A stretch of DNA of 51,491 bases, taken from IMG/VR virus record IMGVR_UViG_3300033475_000033, positions 1-51,491 of that record; one strand, given 5' to 3'. This DNA comes from a virus. Its lineage: Duplodnaviria; Caudoviricetes. Positions 9,458-17,895 of the stretch are shown here, in pieces. Below the pieces are notes generated by a model. The model was not told the origin of the DNA and did no database searches. It saw only the letters and a program-made list of their open reading frames with translations. Each line of letters opens with the position of its first letter. Within the stretch, counting starts at the first letter, position 1. Position numbers and translations under genes: made by a program.

Positions 9458-10035
9458 TGCCGTACTCCAGTGGTGAAGGCAAGGCCTGGCTGGCCGCGCA
9501 GATCTGGGCCGCGCTGCGTGAGGCGCCGGAGCGCACCGACGAGGAGACCGGTCACGTCTTCGCGCCGCGCGTCCTCGACATCGGCGCCGGATCCGGAACG
9601 TACGCGGACCTACTCTCCCCTGGCCGACACGTCCGCGACCGTGGCTACCTGCACATCACCGCGATCGAGATCCACATCCCGTACGTGTCCCGCTTCAACC
9701 TGCGGTCCAAGTATGACGACATCATCATGGGCGACGCGCGCGTGACGGCTCTGCCGAAGTCCGACGTGGTGATCCTCGGCGACGTGCTCGAGCACATGCC
9801 GCTGCCGGACGCGGTCGCACTGTGGCAGCGCGCCCGGGAGGCGGCTACGACGGCGGTGTTCGCGTCGCTGCCGATCGTCGAATACCCGCAGGGCGAGAGC
9901 GAGGGCAACCCGCACGAAGCCCACGTGCATACCTGGTCGCATGATCTGGTGCTCGCCGAGCTGGCCGGCATCACCGAGTGGTGGGCGGGCCCGCAGATCG
10001 GCGTCTACCGGGCGGGGCCGGCGTGCCTGGCCTGA
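9457..10035 (+). CDS. class I SAM-dependent methyltransferase
   Basis: VLDIGAGSG, AIEIH, DVVILGDVLEH; TGATG coupling. Confidence 0.85.
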   Translation: MPYSSGEGKAWLAAQIWAALREAPERTDEETGHVFAPRVLDIGAGSGTYADLLSPGRHVRDRGYLHITAIEIHIPYVSRFNLRSKYDDIIMGDARVTALPKSDVVILGDVLEHMPLPDAVALWQRAREAATTAVFASLPIVEYPQGESEGNPHEAHVHTWSHDLVLAELAGITEWWAGPQIGVYRAGPACLA

Positions 10036-10652
10036 CTGTCGCGGTCGTCATTCCCACGATCCCGGGCAGGGAGGCGTTGCTGCGGCGTGCGCTTGCTTCG
10101 GTGGAGCGGCAGTTCCGTGCGCCGGATCAGGTGGTGGTCGAGCACGACGGCGAGCGGACGGGCGCGGCTGCGACGCGGAACCGGGCGCTGGCCAAGGTGA
10201 AGTGCTCCGTGACGGCATTCCTTGATGACGACGATGAATTCCGTAGGAACCATCTCTCGGCTCTGATGCACGTCCTGGACCGGGAGCCGGATGTGGATCT
10301 CGTGTATCCGCGTCCGGTGATGGTGGGCGGGTCGGATCCGACGGCGGTGACTGTCGGGGGTCGGTGGACGAGGCCGTGGGGCGTGAGGTTCGGTGAGGAG
10401 CAGGCGCGACACCTGCGCGAGAAGGGCAGCTTCATCCCGATCACCTTCGCGTGCCGGACCGAGGTGCTGCGGCGCGCGGGCGGCTTCCCTGAGGGCTACA
10501 CGCTGCCGGACGGCCGATACCGGGGCGAGGACGAGGCGGCGCTCATCGCGATGCTCGACGCGGGCGCGCGGTTCCGGCACCTGGACGTACCGACGTGGAA
10601 GTGGCATTGCCATCAGGGGCATACGGCGGGTAAGGGCGCGCCCCGCGAGTGA
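10023..10652 (+). CDS. glycosyltransferase family 2
   Basis: VVIPT..R, GAAATRNRAL, FLDDDD, GGF..GED. Confidence 0.88.
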   Translation: MPGLTVAVVIPTIPGREALLRRALASVERQFRAPDQVVVEHDGERTGAAATRNRALAKVKCSVTAFLDDDDEFRRNHLSALMHVLDREPDVDLVYPRPVMVGGSDPTAVTVGGRWTRPWGVRFGEEQARHLREKGSFIPITFACRTEVLRRAGGFPEGYTLPDGRYRGEDEAALIAMLDAGARFRHLDVPTWKWHCHQGHTAGKGAPRE

Positions 10653-10661
10653 TCGCAGAGC

Positions 10662-10688
10662 TAGCGCATAAGGGAACGTTATGCGCTA
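10662..10688. other. dif-like recombination site TAGCGCATAA-GGGAACG-TTATGCGCTA
   Basis: Perfect 10-bp inverted arms, 7-bp spacer, 10 bp upstream of the tyrosine recombinase ATG; arms resemble the XerC arm GGTGCGCATAA. Confidence 0.7.
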
Positions 10689-10698
10689 CGATTGGTAG

Positions 10699-11802
10699 AT
10701 GAGCACTGATTTAGAGATCTTCGATTCAGCGCGCACTCTCGAATTGCCGACCGCCCCGCTCGCCGACGCCGTCCGCGCGAAGCTGATCGCCGACCTTGGC
10801 CGGGTGCAAGTCGGCCGCGACGGACAGGACCGGATCTACCGCAACCGGATCGACCTACTCGCCGAAGCGCTGACCCCGGAGACGTTCGTCATCGCCGTGG
10901 ACTGGCTCACCTCGACCCGGCGCGGTTCCGTGGCGACCAAGCGCGCCTATGCCGACGACCTCCGCAACGTATGGGCGCCATACGTCGCCGAGTGCGGACT
11001 CGGCGACCGGCTCGCCCTGGACATCCTGACGGCGGACCACATCCGGGCGTGGCGCATCCGCGAGGAGGCGAGCGGCGTCTCGCGCACGACGATCGGGCGC
11101 CGACTGAACGCGCTCTCCTCGCTGCACCGCTACGCCGCCGAGCGCGTCGAGGGCCTTGGGCTGAATCCAATAACGCAGGACGACCGGCCGCAGATCGACA
11201 AGCGCAACAGCTCGACCTCGACCCCGGTCCTGGAGACCGGCGAGCTTCAAGCCGTCATCGCCGCCGCGGCCGACGACCGCGACGCACTGATCGTCTCGCT
11301 GCTCTACACCCTCGCCGGTCGCGTCTCCGAACTGTGCGCTGCCGACGTGACCGACCGTATCGAGCGCGGGCGCCGGTCCTACCTGGACGTCACGCGCAAG
11401 GAGCACAAGCAGCGGATCCTGCCGCTGCCGCTGCCCGTCGCCGAACTGCTCGACCGACACACGGCCGGACGCACCGAGGGCCCGCTGCTGCTGGACTCTG
11501 TCGGCAACCGGCTCGACCGGCACGACGTTGCCCGGCTGCTGGGTCGCCTCGGGCGCCGTGCCGGAGTGCTGCCCGGCCGCAGGCTCACCCCGCACGTTCT
11601 GCGTGCTTCCCGCATCACGCACATGCTCGACGCGGAGGTGCCGCTCGCCGAGGTGCAGCAGTTCGCCGATCACGACAACCCGGCAACCACGGTCGGGTAC
11701 TGGGAGCGGCGCAACAAGGATCAGCGCAACGTGCAGCACGTGGACGACGGCGCTGCTCTGCTCGATGGACTGCTGGATCGATGGCTTGGAGGAAATGCCT
11801 GA
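10699..11802 (+). CDS. XerC/D-like tyrosine recombinase
   Basis: SAM-like N-domain; catalytic AGRVSEL, K, HVLR, HD..TTVGY. Confidence 0.9.
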   Translation: MSTDLEIFDSARTLELPTAPLADAVRAKLIADLGRVQVGRDGQDRIYRNRIDLLAEALTPETFVIAVDWLTSTRRGSVATKRAYADDLRNVWAPYVAECGLGDRLALDILTADHIRAWRIREEASGVSRTTIGRRLNALSSLHRYAAERVEGLGLNPITQDDRPQIDKRNSSTSTPVLETGELQAVIAAAADDRDALIVSLLYTLAGRVSELCAADVTDRIERGRRSYLDVTRKEHKQRILPLPLPVAELLDRHTAGRTEGPLLLDSVGNRLDRHDVARLLGRLGRRAGVLPGRRLTPHVLRASRITHMLDAEVPLAEVQQFADHDNPATTVGYWERRNKDQRNVQHVDDGAALLDGLLDRWLGGNA

Positions 11803-12452
11803 TGGTTACGCCTAGCAACCTGCCGATGTGCTCGCGGCGACGCAAGGACGGGCAGCCGTGCCAGAAGCTCGCGTTGAGATGGGTATGGACCAGTCTCGTA
11901 GTTCCGGCGCTCCCTGATCCAACCTCATGCATGATCCACCTGGAACCGGCCGAACGGACGGCGCTCGATGACGCCCGCGCCGAATACGAACGCATGTGCC
12001 AGTCGGCAGATGGCCTTAGCGAACCGGCCTGCTGGTCGTGGCCACTGCCGCCTGGTTTATCTGACCTCGGTGCGCCTGACGGGCTGTCCGGGCGGGAGCT
12101 TCAGCGATACGAGGATCGGGCGGAGGACCTGCTGCGCGGCTGGCAGGACGGGCGTTGTGCAGTCTGTGGGCGCCAAACCGAGGTGACCGACCACGATCAC
12201 GTGACCGGGTTGATACGGGGCAGATTGTGCCGTCCCTGTAACGCTGCCGAGGGCAAGGGCTACGGCGAGGTGTTCGCCAAGTACCGCGAGCGGAATCCGG
12301 CCACGATCCTCGGCATACGCGTCCGGTACTACAGCCCGTTCAGCGGCTACGCCAAGCCCGTCCATGTCGACCCTGACGCGGACCTCGCAATGCGGGCAGA
12401 GCTCGCGAACATGGTGGTCGACTACTTCGCCGACAGCGGGCAGGGCGGCTGA
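11802..12452 (+). CDS. endonuclease VII-domain protein
   Basis: CAVCG..DHDHVTGLIRGRLCRPCNAAEG; TGATG coupled to the recombinase. Confidence 0.8.
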   Translation: MVTPSNLPMCSRRRKDGQPCQKLALRWVWTSLVVPALPDPTSCMIHLEPAERTALDDARAEYERMCQSADGLSEPACWSWPLPPGLSDLGAPDGLSGRELQRYEDRAEDLLRGWQDGRCAVCGRQTEVTDHDHVTGLIRGRLCRPCNAAEGKGYGEVFAKYRERNPATILGIRVRYYSPFSGYAKPVHVDPDADLAMRAELANMVVDYFADSGQGG

Positions 12453-12455
12453 CGG

Positions 12456-12668
12456 TCAGCCGCCTGCCTCGATCGCAGCGCGCGCATCAGCAAGCTCGCC
12501 GTCTACGACCGCTGGCTTCCGGCGTGTGCGCAGGATCCACGCGAATTGAGTGGGGTCCTGGAAGCTCACCATCTCAAGGTCGGCCGCTGCTATCTCGTGT
12601 TCGGCAATGGTGACTTCGCCGCCGAGGCGATCAACCAGGATCGCGATGACCTGCTGCTCGCGGTTCAT
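12456..12668 (-). CDS. hypothetical protein (70 aa)
   Basis: ATGA overlap with upstream gene. Confidence 0.6.
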   Translation of the reverse strand: MNREQQVIAILVDRLGGEVTIAEHEIAAADLEMVSFQDPTQFAWILRTRRKPAVVDGELADARAAIEAGG

Positions 12669-12910
12669 CGCCACCAGCCGAGCGCGAAGTGGAAGATCAG
12701 CCACACGAACAGAAGTCCGAGCATCCCGATGAACAGCAGGTGGAACGCGGTCCAGTGTCCGATCGGCTGGCCGGGCGTCAACTGTTCGAGCCGCCAGATC
12801 GCGGCGGACAGGGTGCGTTCCGGGTGCCCAGTAACGAGCGCCCAGGTCTCGGGGATGAGGAACCCGAGCGGGAACGTGACGACGAACCAGACGAGCCAGT
12901 AACGGGGCAT
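12665..12910 (-). CDS. small membrane protein (2 TM)
   Basis: Two hydrophobic Trp/Phe-rich segments; coupled at both ends. Confidence 0.7.
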   Translation of the reverse strand: MPRYWLVWFVVTFPLGFLIPETWALVTGHPERTLSAAIWRLEQLTPGQPIGHWTAFHLLFIGMLGLLFVWLIFHFALGWWR

Positions 12911-13089
12911 CAGGCACCCTTCTCAACGAACGCTCGAAGGCGGCCGATCTCCTGATGCGCGTAGTCGACCGCATCGCGCCAGGAAAAGTGCTGCCGGTAG
13001 CGCGTGGTCCAGCCACGTGCGTGGATCATCGTGCGCCAGTTGCCGTTGTCATCTCGGTAGATTTTCGCTCGCCATGTCTGAGGACGCAT
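12910..13089 (-). CDS. hypothetical protein (59 aa, MRPQTWRAKIYRDDNGNWR...), not in ORF track
   Basis: GGAGAA RBS; TGATG overlap with next gene. Confidence 0.6.
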   Translation of the reverse strand: MRPQTWRAKIYRDDNGNWRTMIHARGWTTRYRQHFSWRDAVDYAHQEIGRLRAFVEKGA

Positions 13090-13188
13090 CGGTTCTCCGT
13101 CGAGGGCTCGGAGGTGGTTGGGGTGCCGTGCATCGTCGGCGGCACGGCGCGCCGTCCCGGCCGAGGCTGCCGGGAAGCTGGTGGCGCG

Positions 13189-13671
13189 TCAGGCGGCGGT
13201 GACGGTGACGCTGGCCGGGGTCTGGTCGGCGACCGTGACGGTGACCGAACCCGCGAGTCCGGCCGGGTCGGTGGCGGTCACGGTCACGTCGCCGAGCGGC
13301 GCGTCCGAGATCGTGATCGTGGTCGAGTCGGCGCCGGACACGATCGTCCCGGCCGTGGTCGCCCACGTGTACGTGTCGGCGACGGGCTGCTGCTCGGCGT
13401 TGTCGGACACGGCGGTGAAGGTGATGGTGGCGCCGGGGGCGAAGCTGGACATGGGCTGTCCTTCCAGGGTTGCGGTGACGGTGACGGCGGCCGGGCGGTC
13501 GCCGCAGGGCTGGCAGTGCGCGAGGACCGCGCGCAGCTCGCCGTCCAACGCTTCGAGGTCGCGTTCGAGCTCGTTGAAGTCGCACTGATGGCGGCGGCGG
13601 GCGTGGCCGTGCAGGCGTTGGACGCGGGCGAGGAGCGGGTGTTGGCCGGCGGGGGTGTCGGGTCCGAACAC
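13189..13671 (-). CDS. Ig-like (Big_2-type) domain protein; second in-frame start at 13452
   Basis: GATITFTAV..TYTWATT..VTVTATD..SVTVTV pattern; RBS before both GTG 13671 and ATG 13452. Confidence 0.65.
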   Translation of the reverse strand: MFGPDTPAGQHPLLARVQRLHGHARRRHQCDFNELERDLEALDGELRAVLAHCQPCGDRPAAVTVTATLEGQPMSSFAPGATITFTAVSDNAEQQPVADTYTWATTAGTIVSGADSTTITISDAPLGDVTVTATDPAGLAGSVTVTVADQTPASVTVTAA

Positions 13672-13707
13672 GCTGGGCTCCCTCTCGTTGGTGGGGCTGG
13701 CGGTTCT

Positions 13708-13730
13708 ATGGTATCCGCACTGGTGTTCGA
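13708..13730 (-). promoter_or_regulatory. promoter (-10 TACCAT) with LexA-box-like site
   Basis: CCGCAC-TGGT-GTTCGA at 13715-13730 next to the -10 at 13708-13713. Confidence 0.55.
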
Positions 13731-13745
13731 GTGGGTGGCAGCGAA

Positions 13746-13804
13746 ACGGCCCGCGCCGAGGGGGGTGGCGCGGGCCGTGTGCACCGCGGGGGGGGGGGCG
13801 GTGC
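13746..13804 (-). terminator. tandem hairpins (12-bp and 7-bp stems)
   Basis: ACGGCCCGCGCC/GGCGCGGGCCGT and GCACCGC/GCGGTGC downstream of the DUF6221-like gene. Confidence 0.55.
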
Positions 13805-13822
13805 GCGTACGCAGGGACCAGG

Positions 13823-14212
13823 CTACGCCTCGACGCGCCAGGACGGGTTGAAGCCGGGCCGGTCCGCGTACGGGGCGGCGACGCAGCGTCGAATGGTCTC
13901 GGCCTCGGTCCAGCGATCGACGGCCGCCATCTCGGCGGCAAGGTCGAGCAGCTTCCGCTTGGCCGCGATGTCGGCGAGCACACGGGCCGGGTCGTGGCGG
14001 GCGATGTGCGCGGCCGTGGCCTCGTCGTCGCCGTGGTCGTTGTTCGGGTCCCAGATCTCACCGATGTCGTCTCGGTATTCCCCAGCTGCTGCCGACAGGA
14101 CTCCCCCGCTCGCGAACCACGGGCCGGGCCGCGCTGCTTCGGCGCGCGCCTGGTCGGTGTCCAGTTGCGCGGTCAGGAACTCGACAATGTCCATGTAAGG
14201 CCTGCTCGTCAT
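13823..14212 (-). CDS. DUF6221-like protein
   Basis: HIARHDPARVLADIAAKRKLL..APYADRPGF..W motif common in actinobacterial prophages. Confidence 0.75.
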   Translation of the reverse strand: MTSRPYMDIVEFLTAQLDTDQARAEAARPGPWFASGGVLSAAAGEYRDDIGEIWDPNNDHGDDEATAAHIARHDPARVLADIAAKRKLLDLAAEMAAVDRWTEAETIRRCVAAPYADRPGFNPSWRVEA

Positions 14213-14393
14213 AGACGAAGTCGGGTGCGTATGCGAGCAGCGGGTGGCCGCGTTCGCGGTACCACGCTGCGCCAGCCTTCGCCATGGCCTCGCGCAGCTC
14301 GCCTACGACATCGTCGGCGTACATTCCGTCGGGCAGGTCGTCCCAGTCGCGCGTGGTGACCGAGAACTCGATCCTGCGCAGTTCCTTCGCCAT
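14058..14393 (-). CDS. hypothetical protein
   Basis: GGAGAGG RBS before MAKELRRIEF; 3' part overlaps the next gene, so the end is uncertain. Confidence 0.45.
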   Translation of the reverse strand: MAKELRRIEFSVTTRDWDDLPDGMYADDVVGELREAMAKAGAAWYRERGHPLLAYAPDFVYDEQALHGHCRVPDRATGHRPGARRSSAARPVVRERGSPVGSSWGIPRRHR

Positions 14394-14394
14394 G

Positions 14395-14688
14395 TCACGC
14401 CTCTCCATCTGAACGGTCTCTGCCAAGTCCTCGCCCCTCCGCGATGTACTGAGCCGTCCCGCGCTCGACACCGAGCAGCCGCGCCACATCAGTGTGCGAC
14501 CACCCGTCGGGATGCTCGTCGTCCACGGTCTCGCGCAGTTCCTTGACCGCCTCGTGGCGGGCGAGAGCGACTTCGCGGCGCAGTTCCTTCGCACGCACCG
14601 CGAGCTCCTGCGCGGCCTTCGCACGCTCGGCAGGGTCGGGAATCGACCGCAGCAGCTCCAACTTGCGCTCAATCCCCTCATCAGCCAT
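14395..14688 (-). CDS. HTH DNA-binding protein, candidate repressor of the transfer cassette
   Basis: WSHTDVARLLGVERGTAQYIAEG; divergent from the DUF2637-TraB operon; TAGACT -10 upstream. Confidence 0.7.
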   Translation of the reverse strand: MADEGIERKLELLRSIPDPAERAKAAQELAVRAKELRREVALARHEAVKELRETVDDEHPDGWSHTDVARLLGVERGTAQYIAEGRGLGRDRSDGEA

Positions 14689-14714
14689 GGGCATGGAGTC
14701 TAGACGTGGCAATC

Positions 14715-14735
14715 ATGTAAGTGGATCCCTTACAT
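14715..14735. promoter_or_regulatory. operator palindrome ATGTAAG-7-CTTACAT between divergent promoters
   Basis: AT-rich gap; right arm overlaps the TACATT -10 of the transfer operon. Confidence 0.6.
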
Positions 14736-14780
14736 TGTACCTAAGACAGTCCGCTGCTTCCACGAAGGGACCCGCGCGCC

Positions 14781-15548
14781 ATGTCCGGCGAAGCGAGCAC
14801 CACCCTGACCACCACGCCCATCGGCCGCGGCTGGGCATACGCCGGCACAATGCTCGGCGCCCTCGTGTCCATCGCCGCGAACATCGCCCACAGCTTCGTG
14901 CCACCCGCACACGCCCCCGCCGGGTGGCAGCCGCCGACCGGCGCCATCGCATTCGCCGCGTTCTGGCCAGTGGCACTATTCGTCGGCATCGAGATGCTCG
15001 CCCGTGTCGCCTGGCGCCGCGGCTGGCGCATGATCCTCCTGCGATTCGGGGGCCTGCTGCCCGTCGCGGGGACGGCGGCCATCGTCTCGTATCTCCATCT
15101 CGCCGGGCTGCTCGCGCACTACGGCGAGCCGCGCGTCACCGTCGTTATCGGTCCGCTCGCGGTGGACGGCCTGATGGTCATGTCGGCGGCTGCTTTGATG
15201 TCCACTTCCCCGCAGGCGGCACAACCGGCACCCGCAGGTCAGGCCACCAATCCGGGGCCTGAAGTGCCGGACGTGGAAGCGGACAGTCCGGAGGACGCCG
15301 CCGGGCAGGCGGACGGTGCGGACAGTGCCTCGAAACGTGGCGGCAGGCCCCGTATGACGAACGAGCAGCGGGTCGCGGCGTGCGCGGACAGGTACCCGGA
15401 CATGACCGTCGCCGAGATGGCGAAGCGGCTGAAGTTGTCCGACCGCACGATCCGCCGCTACCTCGCCGAGCAGAAGACCGGCGAGGAGACCGCATTGGAG
15501 CGGACAGAAACCGACCAGATCGAACACGCCAACGGCACCACCATCTGA
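14781..15548 (+). CDS. DUF2637/Spd-like membrane protein with C-terminal HTH
   Basis: Four TM segments, SIAANIAH, AIVSYLHL, PLAVDGL; C-terminal MTVAEMAKRLKLSDRTIRRYL. Confidence 0.75.
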   Translation: MSGEASTTLTTTPIGRGWAYAGTMLGALVSIAANIAHSFVPPAHAPAGWQPPTGAIAFAAFWPVALFVGIEMLARVAWRRGWRMILLRFGGLLPVAGTAAIVSYLHLAGLLAHYGEPRVTVVIGPLAVDGLMVMSAAALMSTSPQAAQPAPAGQATNPGPEVPDVEADSPEDAAGQADGADSASKRGGRPRMTNEQRVAACADRYPDMTVAEMAKRLKLSDRTIRRYLAEQKTGEETALERTETDQIEHANGTTI

Positions 15549-15568
15549 CATCGAAGGAGATCACGAAC

Positions 15569-15712
15569 ATGGCGAAGAAGGACCGCGACGAGGACTTGGT
15601 TGAGACCGGCTTCAAGCTCCCGGCGGACTACCGGGACTTCGAGACCACGATCATCGTGCGCGACCCCGGCAAGCAGCCCGGCGGCAGCGGCGCGAAGCGC
15701 GGCAGGGACTGA
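15569..15712 (+). CDS. hypothetical protein (47 aa)
   Basis: AAGGAG RBS; fills the gap before TraB. Confidence 0.6.
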   Translation: MAKKDRDEDLVETGFKLPADYRDFETTIIVRDPGKQPGGSGAKRGRD

Positions 15713-15718
15713 GAGTCG

Positions 15719-17782
15719 ATGGCAGAGACCGACGCGACCCGTACGGTGCGGATTCCCTCGCCGCGGGCGCCGATCGATGACGCCCCGCCGCACGCCGCCG
15801 AGAAGCCGGAACGCCCCGAACCGCGCCGCCGGGTGCGCACCACGATCCGCAAGGCCGCCACCCACGAGCGCACGAAGACCGTCGCCCGGCACGGCGCCTA
15901 TTTGATCGCAGGCGGGAAGGTCGTCGCGAAACGCTCGTGGGACGCGCGCACCGCGGCCCGGCACGAACGGATGCTGCGCCTGGCCGAATCCACCGGGGAC
16001 CATGAGCTCGCCAAGCACTGGGAGCAGCGCGCCGAACACCACCGCGAAGCACGCCACAAGCGGCGCATGGCCATGCTCCACGCCCCCATTACCGCGGCGA
16101 AAGCCCTGGTGTACGGGGCGGTCGGCCTGTTCTTCCTCGGCGTCGTCCTGTCGGTCGCCGGGACGCATGCGTCGCCGATGCGCCCGCTGATGGATGTCGC
16201 GCACGCGGTGCAGACGGTGATGGCGCTGGCCGGGGACGGGTGGCATTACGGCCGGTGGGCGCTGCCGTTCCTGGTCGCCTACGGCCTGTGGACTGCGGGC
16301 CGCAAGAGCGCGGAGGTGCCCGCGTGGCTGGTGACCTCGAGCGATGGCGATGACCTGGTCATCGACGAGCGGACGATCACGCTCGCGGTCAAGGCGCTGC
16401 GGATCCAGGGCGTGACCGAGCACCTGAAGAAGGGGATGCCGTTGCAGTACCTGGTGCCCGCCAGGGAGGACGGGCGGGGCACGTACGCGGAGCTGCGGCT
16501 GCCGGGCGGCGTGTCGGCGGAGAAGGTCGCGAAGCGGCGCACCGACCTGGCCACGAGCCTGCATCGGGCGTCGAAGGAGGTGTTCCCGTCGGTCGGCTCC
16601 GAGGCGGGGATCCTGAAGCTGTGGATCGCGGACAAGGGCCGCCTCGAGGAGGGCGCGGGACCGTACCCGCTGCTGGATGAGGGGCGGGCGGATTTCTTCA
16701 AGGGCTTCCCGCTGGGTCGGACGCTGCGCGGGGATCTGATCACCGCGCCGGTCAACGGCAGGAACACGATCGTCGGCGGGATGCCTGGTCAGGGCAAGTC
16801 GTCGGCGGCGCGCGTGCTGATGGCGGGTGCGGCGCTGGATCCGTCGTGTGAGCTGCGGATTTGGGTGCCGGACGCGAACTTCGACTTCGAGTTGTTCAAG
16901 CGGCGCTGCTCGCATTACGTGATGGGCGCTGAGGAGGAGTTCGTCGCCGAGATTCTGGAGGCGTGCGAGTTGCTGCATGAGGAGATTCAGGCGCGCGGCC
17001 GGTTGCTGACGGATATGGAGGAGCCTGAGGTGACGCGGCGGATCGCGGATGCGGACCGGCGGCTTCGGCCGTTGATCACGTTGTTGGAGGAGGCGCATGT
17101 CGCGTTCCAGCATCCGAAGTTCGGCAAGGACATCTCCCGTCTGACGGTGGAGAACGTGCGCCTGGGTCGGAAGCGGGCGGTGCACCAGATCGTCTCGACG
17201 CAGGCCCCGACGAAGGACTCGATCCCTCGGGACGTGACCCGGAACTGCTCGAACGGGCTCGCGTTCGCGGTCGGTGACCATGTGGCGAATGATGCGCTGC
17301 TCGGCCAGGGCGCCTACCGCGGCGGGCATCGGGCGACGGAGCTGCTGCCGGGCACGGACCGCGGGGTGTGCCTGGCGAAGGGCCTCAGTGGGCAGCGCAG
17401 CGAGTTGACGCAGGTCCACTTCATCTCGATCACTCGTGAGTTGGACGAGTTGACGCCGCTGATCGACCGGGCGGTGGAGGCGGTGGCCGACTGGGATGCG
17501 TCGCTGCTCGCGGCCCCTGAGCGCGCGGTGTCGCGGGATCTGCTCGCGGACCTGGGCGAGGTGCTGGCCGGGGCGGTGGAGTCGGTGCCGATCGCGGATG
17601 TGCCGCGGATGCTGCGTGCGCTGGCGCCGTCGTGGCCGGCGTACAGGAACCTGACGGGCAAGGAGCTCGTCGGGCGGCTGGCGGAGCTCGGGGTGAAGGT
17701 GCCGTCGACTGGCAATAAGTGGCCGCTGGATCCGGCCGCGGTGCGCATGGCGCTGGACGAGCGGGCACGGAACGAGGGTTGA
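15719..17782 (+). CDS. traB: FtsK/SpoIIIE-family DNA translocase, TraB-like
   Basis: Two N-terminal TM helices, Walker A GMPGQGKS, Walker B LLEEAH, GRKRAVH..STQ motif, C-terminal winged-helix-like region. Confidence 0.8.
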   Translation: MAETDATRTVRIPSPRAPIDDAPPHAAEKPERPEPRRRVRTTIRKAATHERTKTVARHGAYLIAGGKVVAKRSWDARTAARHERMLRLAESTGDHELAKHWEQRAEHHREARHKRRMAMLHAPITAAKALVYGAVGLFFLGVVLSVAGTHASPMRPLMDVAHAVQTVMALAGDGWHYGRWALPFLVAYGLWTAGRKSAEVPAWLVTSSDGDDLVIDERTITLAVKALRIQGVTEHLKKGMPLQYLVPAREDGRGTYAELRLPGGVSAEKVAKRRTDLATSLHRASKEVFPSVGSEAGILKLWIADKGRLEEGAGPYPLLDEGRADFFKGFPLGRTLRGDLITAPVNGRNTIVGGMPGQGKSSAARVLMAGAALDPSCELRIWVPDANFDFELFKRRCSHYVMGAEEEFVAEILEACELLHEEIQARGRLLTDMEEPEVTRRIADADRRLRPLITLLEEAHVAFQHPKFGKDISRLTVENVRLGRKRAVHQIVSTQAPTKDSIPRDVTRNCSNGLAFAVGDHVANDALLGQGAYRGGHRATELLPGTDRGVCLAKGLSGQRSELTQVHFISITRELDELTPLIDRAVEAVADWDASLLAAPERAVSRDLLADLGEVLAGAVESVPIADVPRMLRALAPSWPAYRNLTGKELVGRLAELGVKVPSTGNKWPLDPAAVRMALDERARNEG

Positions 17783-17895
17783 TCGCGAGTTAGATCACGC
17801 GATCGGAGTTAGTTCCGTCACTTAACTAGATCAACGATTTTACATATGCGCTGGTCAGGGCGAATGATCCGAGTTAGCCGACCGGCGCGGGTTAG
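17781..17895 (+). repeat. GAGTTAG direct repeats downstream of traB (candidate clt)
   Basis: GAGTTAG at 17787, 17806, 17871 (each preceded by GATC) and GGGTTAG at 17889. Confidence 0.5.

Noticed and set aside
15719-17782. Type VII secretion ATPase or chromosomal FtsK
   Set aside because: Single ATPase domain, spd-like neighbours, no WXG100 or cell-division context; the Walker B reads EE rather than DE, so activity still needs checking
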